Below, piece by piece: positions 17,901-24,481 of a stretch of DNA of 24,481 bases. The notes under the pieces were generated by a model, which searched no databases, was not told where the DNA came from, and saw only the letters and a list, made by a program, of their open reading frames with translations. Every line of letters starts with the position of its first letter. The stretch's first letter is position 1. The DNA is from a virus. Its lineage: Duplodnaviria > Caudoviricetes. Both the position numbers and the translations under genes were made by a program. The DNA lies in IMG/VR virus record IMGVR_UViG_3300033067_000968, positions 1-24,481 of that record. One strand, written 5' to 3'.

Positions 17901-20900
17901 CGCAGGTACATCAACGAGTGGTTCGGGCCGTCCGGGTTATTGAACGGGCTGTCAGGCCAGATCTGGTAGATCGTGGCATCCATGTAGTGCTTGCTGACAC
18001 GCTCGGCCAGCTCCTTGTCCACCTTGTCGTACATGGCAGTCAAGGCACGGTGTACCTTGCTGGCGATGCCCTGATACCGCTGCACGTAGGTATCTTTCTG
18101 CGCAATGGCTTGGCTGTACGCCGAGAGGTAGTTGTTAGTTCCAGCCGGCGTTTCACCCTCGGCGGCGCTGAAGCGGCGACCATAGGTTGCCTCGATCTGT
18201 GCGACGTTCATCAACGGCAGCACCCCGTGCTTCAGGACTTTGCCGTAGATAGTGCGTCCGATGCTTTTCAGGGTGTCCTTGTTTGCCAGTTGCTGTGCTT
18301 CAGCCATGGGGTTGTAGTACAGCGGGAGGTCGAGCTGATCGGCGTCTCGTGCCATCCGCACATGCGCTTTTTGTTCCTCCCATGCCTGTGCCCGCAGTAT
18401 CCCCGCTTCCAGCTCTGCACGGGACGCAGTGCCATGTCCAACTTTCAGCAGGTGCTTGTAGTGCTCGGAGTGCTGGTAGGGAGCAGAAGAGTCATGCGGT
18501 CGTGCACCCTTGTTCACTGCTATGAGCAGGGACTCAAACACAGACGCAAAGTCACTTGCTCTCAGCTCGCGACCTTTGCGGTAGCGCCCGACGTAGGATT
18601 CGTTGACTCCTCGAAAGGCACGGTTGATGAACTGCAGCCATGCATCACGAACAGCGCCGAGTATGGTGCGCTTGGGCGTACCTATTACCCGTGACATGGG
18701 GTCAGCTATGGAGTCCAGAAGCGAGGCGAACTGCCAGTCGGTCAAGCCCACTGCCATGAACTCATCTGCCCCGGTCAAGCCGTAGCGGATGTTCGACGGC
18801 ATTGGCATCAGCATATCGCCGAAGCGTTCAGCGACTGCGGTACGAGCATGCTCAAGCAGGCGCATGACCTCGTTGCGGAACTCCGCGTCCCGCTGAAGGG
18901 CCTGCGAGGTTATCGCATGCACCGCCTCGTGCAAGATGTCGACGACGCCCTGCGCAGTATCTCGCGAGGCATGCTTGATCTCGATGACATTCGTCCGCTC
19001 TACCCAGTTGGACGACTTCGCTGCTGGGTTGTACACCAGCATGGTGTCCGGGGCCAGTGTCAGCCGCATGCGGCGCAGCAGACGACGCCCGAGGACGTTC
19101 GACTTGGGCATGCCCCGCTCGATGAGTTCCACTGCTTCTCGCGCGGTGAGAACCTTGCCCGTAGTCAGGCGCTGGTACAGCTCCTGTGACATGGTGCCCC
19201 ACGCGCGCAGCGCCTCCTTGTCCATCTTCACACCGAACTGAGATTCGAGTGCGATGTCCTGCACCTGTGCAGCGAGCACGTCTTGCACGATGCCGGCGTA
19301 GGCCGGCGGCACAGAATCGAGGCTGAAGTAATCCGCTGATTCTTCCTGTGCATTGGGGATGGCAATGACCGTCTGCGCGCCCATCTGCCCGATGACAAAC
19401 GCACCGATGTCTTTGCGCTTCTTGGGCGTGATGACCAGTGCCGAGTCGAAGCCGAGCGAGTTGTCGGGCGTTGCGGTGAAGGCCGCATTCTCCACAGCAG
19501 TGAACCCAGCCGTGGCAGGGGCGGCGGGTGCCGGCGCAGCTTTCTTGCTTCGGCCTTTCAGCGAACGCTTCGGTGCAGGCTGAACCGGGGGCGCAGGAGG
19601 CGTTTCCTGTTGCACTTGTTCTTGCACGGGGGCGGGTGTGATCGGGCCCCGGTGCGCATTGAACGTGTGCTGCAACTGGGCGAGAACAGTCGGCCAAGCA
19701 GTAGCGTCAATCTTCCAGCTGTTGGAAGTCCCCGAGAACTGCGCGATCTTCTTGTTGTTCTCTGTGCGAGCATCCGTGTTCTGCAGGTCTTTCAGGTTGC
19801 GCCCCAGTGCACCAAGCAGGCGGCGATCCGCCGTCAGGAAGCGTACTGCGACGAACTCCCCACTGCCTGTAGCCTTGACCACTTCTTCGAAACCACGATC
19901 ACTGCGTCCTTCACGAGCCACGGCTCCGGCAGGATCTTCGATGGTGACCCCGAGATCCTCCTTCACGGCTAGTTTCTGCATGCGTTGCTGATCACCCAAC
20001 GTGAACGGTGCAACGATGTCGATGACGCGAGCTTCAGAGGTTGTACCTGCGCGTGCCACACGACGAACTGCTTGCTGGCGCTCAGAGAAGGACCATGGCG
20101 GGGCCATGAGTACTAGTGTACGTGGGCGCGAGTCATCTTTCTGGGCGTCAAGGTCAACAGACTGGCCAGCTTTCTGGAACTGGCCGAGCAGTACATGAAC
20201 CTTGTCATTCTGGAAGTCCACGCGCTGCTGTTCGTTGGTGTTGGTTCCACCAGCACCCCAGTACGTAGCCACGCGAATGCCTTCCGCTTCCAACGCTGCC
20301 TTCAAAGAAAGTAAGCCCGAAGGGATCGTTTCCCCGAGGATGCCGAGCTTACCTGCCGTCGGCGAACTCTGTGCAGCCTCGTCGTACTTCAGGCCCAGCA
20401 CAACGACCGAGCGACCTTCCGCCAGTTCCTCTTTGACCGTGCGTAGCGTTGCCGCAACTTTCATGGCCTCTGCTACGTAGGCCGAATGCGCCGTCGCCGT
20501 GTTCTGGTCATTGGTCTGTTGCAAAGTGGAATGCGCGTTGCGCAGGCGACGTTCCAGTGACAGCAGGTGCTTGCCTTGTGCAGTATCTGCCACGTCGATC
20601 TCGTTGACGTAGCGAGTCTCCTGCGTAGCCCACAACTCGTAGTCCCGACGAATGAAGCCGTAGGAATCCATGAGCTTCGACAAGCGCTGTGCGAGGCGCA
20701 GGTGCACATCTTCCTCAGTCAGCCCGGGCATCGTCTCCACAGACAGCGAACCATCTTGATACTTGCCCGTGACAGATAGGCCGACCTTGTTGAGGAAGTC
20801 TTCCAGTGAAAGCCCTTCCACTTCAGCCAGCACTGCGAGGCTGTCGTACTTGTCCGCTGGCGTTGCCGTCGCGAACAGCTTGTGCTTGGTCTTTACATTG

Positions 20901-23900
20901 CGCAGGGCGGCTGAGGTCTTAACCTCCTCCTTCTTGACCGCGTGAGCCTCGTCAGCGATCAAGGTATCGAAGCCACCGTCTGGCATCGCTGCACGCACGA
21001 ACTTCGGAACTTTCTGGTCCAATGATTCGGGCACGAGCTGTCGGACAGGATCACCGTCACGGACGGCGGTGTACGACGTAAAGTAGAGGTTGTTCGTATT
21101 CGCGCCCAGCCGCTTGATGTCACGAGCAAAAGGCGACACACCACCCTGCAGGTTGTTCACTACGACCAGCACGGGGCCCTGCTTGGCACGCTCAAGGGCG
21201 ACCAGCATCATGGTGCCAGTCTTACCCATGCCGGCGGTATCAGCCAGCAGAGTGACAGAACCTTTCGGGTGCGTGTTGATCCGGTGCAGGATCATGTTGG
21301 CCCCGTCGAACTGATGCTCGAACGGAACCTCGTCAGCAGCAGCTCCTACGAAATCAGCTTCCGATACCACGCGGGGAGTATCTGCCGCAATCTGTGTGAG
21401 GTAGATCGCGCCTCGGAGTCGCCTTGCACTGACTTGTTCACCGCCTGCTCGTACAGGCCGGGCTCTGCTGGGCCCAACTTGAACTGTGCCGGCTTCGGTG
21501 ACGGCGACTGCTCCTCCCGCTTCAGGTTCCTTCTTGCCTTCTGGTTTTGCCGGCGCTGGCGGTTTTTCAGTGACTTGTTTTTTGCCACGTCCCTTCCCTC
21601 TAGGTTTGCGGGTTCTCAGGTCTTTCTTGGAGCGGGCAGCTTCCTCTTCGGAGAGAGCTTCTTCGCGTTCCGCGTCGTACCCTTCCTCGGACTCCTCAGT
21701 TTCATCTGCCGTCTCCCGCGAGTCTTCATCGCGGGTATCTTCTTCCTGCTCATCCTCAGCAAGCATGCGGCGCTGACCACGCACTCCTGCGAGGGCTGTG
21801 TCCTCGGTGGCAGTCATTGCATTCTCGCCTGCGACAACCTGTGAGGACTGCGCGGCGATAGCTTTGGCCAGTTGGCCGGCGATGATGTCATTGACGATAG
21901 CGGCCAGTACGGGGTCTGCACTGAGCGTGGATTCCTTCAGGTCTTTCTTGTTCTGCGCCTTGGCCGCGATGTATTCCTGATGCTCCTGCACCAGTGCTTC
22001 AGCACGGTTCTGCGGGATGTCCAGCTTGGTCGCAACCGCTGCGCCGGCAATGCGCTTGAGGTACATGTCGCGCAGTACGTCGGACCACCCCAGCTCACCA
22101 CGTGCAACACGTTCTACGAGCTTCGCCTTCTTGGCACTGAGCTGCATCCTTTTGCGGACGAACTTCACCGCGTATTGCGCAGCTTCCTCGGCACTCAGCC
22201 CCTGTGCAAGTCCTTCCTTCTGGGCAGACTCAAATACACCTTGGACATCTTCCGTGAGCATCTTGCGGAGCGGGATGTCTATTACACCCCGTTGCTTTGC
22301 CGGGCGGTCATAGAGTCCCTGCTCGATCTTGCGCTTCTGTGCAAGCTCGGCTTTCATCTGCCGGATGCGTGCCTCCTGCTGTTGCTTCTGCACCTTTGCC
22401 ACGTTCGGGCTAGGCTGCGGAGCTGCTTTCTTCAGGGACTTCGGCGCGCGGGCACGGGCCACTGGGAACAGATCCAGCTGTTTGACCTTGCGCTTGAGCG
22501 CCTGCGCAGCCTTGCTGCGGTTCTCGCCCAAAGCAAGACGCAGCTCGGCCATGGCCGCTGCCTTGGCTTCCTCGGCGCGGCGCATACTGGCTTCGGTGCG
22601 TTGTGTCTGCAGCTGGGCGATCAGGTTGGCCAGCCCACCGGCATTCGGAGCCAACGCCAGAAGCGAACCCGTATCCGTCTGGAACAGGGCGTCGATCTCG
22701 CGCAGCACGTCGGTAGCGTCCACACCTTCGTTGCTTGCGTATACACTCAGCCAGTCCTTGGCTTCCTGCAGGTTCTGGGCGTATGGGCTGTTCCCCGTAT
22801 AGGCCGCTTTCTGAGCCTGTGCGGTGTTGGTCAGCGTGATCAAATCCTCGACCAGATTGCCCGCTTCTTCCTCGGTGATCTGGTTGCCGGCGTACAGTGC
22901 TTGCAGGCGCTGCCACAGGCGGGTCAGCATCGCCTCGGCAGTGACCTTCCTACCGTCCCGCGCGGTATAGAGCACGGGGCTGGCCTTGGTATCCACCTCG
23001 GCGGCGCGGCGGCGCGCGTGGGCTTCCGACTTGGAGGAGTCCAGTGGCAGCCCTTGCTGTGTCATGCGGTTGGTGTCGGTGCGCGTCGGCACCGACTGGG
23101 CGGCCAGCGCCTTCATGCGCTTCAGGCGGGTCTTGCGCTTCTTGGTCTCGCCTTGGATGCGGTCGACTTCGCGTGCAACGGCATCGAGGTCTGGCACGGT
23201 GGACTGCCCACCCTGCTCCATCTCGGAGATCAAGCTCTGCAGGGTATCCAGTACACCACGAGCCTTGCGGGAGCTGGTGCCTTCCTGCTCTATGCGCTTG
23301 ATCTGTGCCTCAGCGGTGGCACGCTGCAGCTCCCATGGGCTGTCGAAGCCAAGGACTTTGAGAACCTGTGCCTCGGAGACTCGCGGGCCGCCCTGCGGCG
23401 GGTTGAGGAACTGTCGAACGAGGGCCTTGTCCTCGGCAGACATCTCCTCAGCAGGTCGGGCTGCTTCCCGCCGGCCCTTGATGCGGCGGTACAGGGCCCG
23501 CGCTGCCGGCGCGGAGATGCCCCCGTACGTAGTGAAGGGCAGGTAGCGGCGGACAGCCTCTTCCAGAGGCCGGTTCTCAGCAGCGCGAGTAAGCGGCTCG
23601 CGGGGTTTCGCCACGGGTGCGGGACCATTCCAAGGCTGCTCTCGCCCTTGGAACACAGCGAGCTTGTGCTGCGGGTTGACATCAGCGCTTTTGGTGGGCT
23701 GATACTTGGACGTTTCGTCCCATACACCAAAGTCTTTCTGGTAGGTGTCATCCGATGGCACCTGCTCTACCTGCTGGTCTGTCCCCCGCGCGGCGACCGT
23801 TGCTTCGATGGCTTCCAGCTGAGGGCGCAGGTCTGCCAGCCGCTTGCTCGTCGCACCCGTAGGATCGGGCATGGCTTCGAGCTGGGCGATGATGCTCTTG

Positions 23901-24481
23901 AGCGTTGTCAGCCGGCGGCGCGTCTGCTCAGTCGAGTCGAACGACAGCGAGGGCTGCTCCGTGGGCATGGAGGGCAGTGGCGGGCGCGCAGCTGCGAAGT
24001 CGTTCTCAACCTGGCCCTTCCGCAGCCGCTCGAACCGGCGCGCGAAGGCGTGCGTAGCTTCAGGCAACGTCCCTTGCTGGAAGGCTTTCACGAATGCAGG
24101 GTCATTCGCGACGATGGTGTCCTTGGTCTCGGGGTCTTGTTCCACGAGCAACTCGCCGATGGCGGGCGTGTTCTCGATGAATGCCTGCAGGCGCTGGCCG
24201 GCGGCCCCGTCGGTGTTCAGGCTCTTGCCGTTGAATACCACGTAGGGAGCAAAGGCCGAGCGGGTCACCTGCTGCAGCGCGGCGTACAAGTCCTCTTCCG
24301 TCTCAGCACGAACGATAGGCGTTTCGCTGGGCATCATGGCGTTGAAGTCGAGGCTGCCCTGCCCGCGCGGCACGCCCCACTGGTCCCCTGCCCGCCGCTC
24401 GCGGTCTTCCATGTCCCCGGCATTCATCCACGGGAACAGGCTTTGCTGTGTCGGCGTCCCGCCACCGGGCGGCGCGGGCGG
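14924..24481 (-). CDS. Giant polyvalent / DarB-like (probably virion-ejected) protein, 5'-truncated, >3185 aa
   Basis: The frame stays open from 24427 to the window edge (PPAPPGGGTPTQQSLFPW-M). SF2 helicase motifs ADTAGMGKT (~21214-21250), IADEAH (~20942-20960), ATATP, PPWS..QQAVRRVAR (~20050-20105); HEAVH...DEFMA peptidase (~18750-18935); PYIAAKRHG, PLxRFG-like (~17440-17465); helical, partly hydrophobic C-terminus. Confidence 0.88.
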   Translation of the reverse strand, partial: PPAPPGGGTPTQQSLFPWMNAGDMEDRERRAGDQWGVPRGQGSLDFNAMMPSETPIVRAETEEDLYAALQQVTRSAFAPYVVFNGKSLNTDGAAGQRLQAFIENTPAIGELLVEQDPETKDTIVANDPAFVKAFQQGTLPEATHAFARRFERLRKGQVENDFAAARPPLPSMPTEQPSLSFDSTEQTRRRLTTLKSIIAQLEAMPDPTGATSKRLADLRPQLEAIEATVAARGTDQQVEQVPSDDTYQKDFGVWDETSKYQPTKSADVNPQHKLAVFQGREQPWNGPAPVAKPREPLTRAAENRPLEEAVRRYLPFTTYGGISAPAARALYRRIKGRREAARPAEEMSAEDKALVRQFLNPPQGGPRVSEAQVLKVLGFDSPWELQRATAEAQIKRIEQEGTSSRKARGVLDTLQSLISEMEQGGQSTVPDLDAVAREVDRIQGETKKRKTRLKRMKALAAQSVPTRTDTNRMTQQGLPLDSSKSEAHARRRAAEVDTKASPVLYTARDGRKVTAEAMLTRLWQRLQALYAGNQITEEEAGNLVEDLITLTNTAQAQKAAYTGNSPYAQNLQEAKDWLSVYASNEGVDATDVLREIDALFQTDTGSLLALAPNAGGLANLIAQLQTQRTEASMRRAEEAKAAAMAELRLALGENRSKAAQALKRKVKQLDLFPVARARAPKSLKKAAPQPSPNVAKVQKQQQEARIRQMKAELAQKRKIEQGLYDRPAKQRGVIDIPLRKMLTEDVQGVFESAQKEGLAQGLSAEEAAQYAVKFVRKRMQLSAKKAKLVERVARGELGWSDVLRDMYLKRIAGAAVATKLDIPQNRAEALVQEHQEYIAAKAQNKKDLKESTLSADPVLAAIVNDIIAGQLAKAIAAQSSQVVAGENAMTATEDTALAGVRGQRRMLAEDEQEEDTRDEDSRETADETEESEEGYDAEREEALSEEEAARSKKDLRTRKPRGKGRGKKQVTEKPPAPAKPEGKKEPEAGGAVAVTEAGTVQVGPSRARPVRAGGEQVSARRLRGAIYLTQIAADTPRVVSEADFVGAAADEVPFEHQFDGANMILHRINTHPKGSVTLLADTAGMGKTGTMMLVALERAKQGPVLVVVNNLQGGVSPFARDIKRLGANTNNLYFTSYTAVRDGDPVRQLVPESLDQKVPKFVRAAMPDGGFDTLIADEAHAVKKEEVKTSAALRNVKTKHKLFATATPADKYDSLAVLAEVEGLSLEDFLNKVGLSVTGKYQDGSLSVETMPGLTEEDVHLRLAQRLSKLMDSYGFIRRDYELWATQETRYVNEIDVADTAQGKHLLSLERRLRNAHSTLQQTNDQNTATAHSAYVAEAMKVAATLRTVKEELAEGRSVVVLGLKYDEAAQSSPTAGKLGILGETIPSGLLSLKAALEAEGIRVATYWGAGGTNTNEQQRVDFQNDKVHVLLGQFQKAGQSVDLDAQKDDSRPRTLVLMAPPWSFSERQQAVRRVARAGTTSEARVIDIVAPFTLGDQQRMQKLAVKEDLGVTIEDPAGAVAREGRSDRGFEEVVKATGSGEFVAVRFLTADRRLLGALGRNLKDLQNTDARTENNKKIAQFSGTSNSWKIDATAWPTVLAQLQHTFNAHRGPITPAPVQEQVQQETPPAPPVQPAPKRSLKGRSKKAAPAPAAPATAGFTAVENAAFTATPDNSLGFDSALVITPKKRKDIGAFVIGQMGAQTVIAIPNAQEESADYFSLDSVPPAYAGIVQDVLAAQVQDIALESQFGVKMDKEALRAWGTMSQELYQRLTTGKVLTAREAVELIERGMPKSNVLGRRLLRRMRLTLAPDTMLVYNPAAKSSNWVERTNVIEIKHASRDTAQGVVDILHEAVHAITSQALQRDAEFRNEVMRLLEHARTAVAERFGDMLMPMPSNIRYGLTGADEFMAVGLTDWQFASLLDSIADPMSRVIGTPKRTILGAVRDAWLQFINRAFRGVNESYVGRYRKGRELRASDFASVFESLLIAVNKGARPHDSSAPYQHSEHYKHLLKVGHGTASRAELEAGILRAQAWEEQKAHVRMARDADQLDLPLYYNPMAEAQQLANKDTLKSIGRTIYGKVLKHGVLPLMNVAQIEATYGRRFSAAEGETPAGTNNYLSAYSQAIAQKDTYVQRYQGIASKVHRALTAMYDKVDKELAERVSKHYMDATIYQIWPDSPFNNPDGPNHSLMYLRSKDENKQWERRSDEEIADAKEHYDRLHAEHVALNQLTNGEAGKMFALLTKHNADEWDSTTFQLMRNTLQAFKFRWTDSEGHVFDAPTDVQKEAIARDLLQKRDIAEVGRFDAIGRDGETADKETTEALNEALEQIIARYYQRKQGPYIAAKRHGDTVLEATRNPKTVTVGNTDILLPELVASVVDKMERTLGDRTLWGEQGEATYRALLSDEIRKALKRQLRAKSSGVQRRDKTLRFDQPKVVVDEANLESGNHVGTRDYSEYTFQLFENDGPALETAEELRKEGWTANVGSKADYFSTGDVQGSTLHAKILARLPVDDAPLRNAITAAMIELMAETSIKKAELRRSNRAGYSLDLVRGFAEHARGAAHYKAQLEHGNAISRTLQQLRDYQLAIQNSPTASDKEKLLVGKIVGELHQHRQLDALPYSNNAVTQAASNVGFMYMLLSPSYWLIGLTQPALYGLPVLSARNKTGRASSRYLLQAMKAMNRPMRRRAGKAGYGFGWLTGKAVDPALFDFLETGGSFEDLSRRARLGTELADSIRGSDLNHKEQVIAMMEELGEQNLLTMGLHTDMAAAAKGGNPHGSWPMMWARVMPQIGEVFGRSSVAIAAYQMTRDSMPGVNEEEAHRKAVQAAADAVRDSMFDYSLSNRNRYMSGRQPGIGQLVKLATMFMMHAQHVYALMLRETYRMMKGQTKEERIEAFKIVSRILGGHMLAAGMIGATFEPVKIAMATLMAIANGFDDEPDEPWAVVMERTLIETFGQQVGGALAKGLPYQLLGVDLHGRLSLSNMLFYNDRLFEFTSTGRQGVANALLSAVGPLGGLAGNLGESAKSLGDGDYLRAIEQSTPKMFRDFTKAFRFSTEGMLDTSGNLTSKEAIGIWDGIVTGTGFRTAHEERVATRRSIMYNLQTNYRTQKSNALEQYKRAWNGGNPARARELRAEYNRGVPAEYQITIDDLDRMRKDKAKKEAGVRQDGVYVPKRERNLLRYVKHLE

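Noticed and set aside
24425-24427. ATG at 24427 as the start of the giant gene
   Set aside because: The frame is open to the window edge and there is no clear RBS; the true start is probably outside the window.

Overview
A 24.5-kb, GC-rich (~60%), densely coding fragment of a tailed dsDNA bacteriophage (probably podovirus-like; host unknown). The + strand (1-14628) is the early/replication arm: a hypothetical gene, a MoxR-type AAA+ ATPase / metallopeptidase-vWA / Nmad5-like three-gene module, a family A DNA polymerase (Leu762 type), a Cas4-like PD-(D/E)XK exonuclease, a DUF3310 protein, small HTH and Zn-finger proteins, VRR-NUC, an SNF2 helicase, a putative SSB and a primase-DUF927 helicase. 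The - strand (14625-24481) converges on it with a small HNH-like gene and a 5'-truncated giant (>3185 aa) polyvalent/DarB-like protein carrying an SF2 helicase, an HExxH peptidase and a PLxRFG-like C-terminal region. The most notable unexplained signals are: (1) an AT-rich palindrome TAAAAC-NN-GTTTTA whose two identical copies bracket the AAA/vWA/Nmad5 module, with a third copy inside the helicase gene; (2) a second palindrome ATACA-N9-TGTAT over two predicted promoters; (3) six beta-clamp-binding-like motifs in the giant protein; (4) apparent absence of several 6-bp restriction palindromes. No tRNA, rRNA, CRISPR array or integrase was seen. All family assignments come from motif recognition by eye, not database searches.
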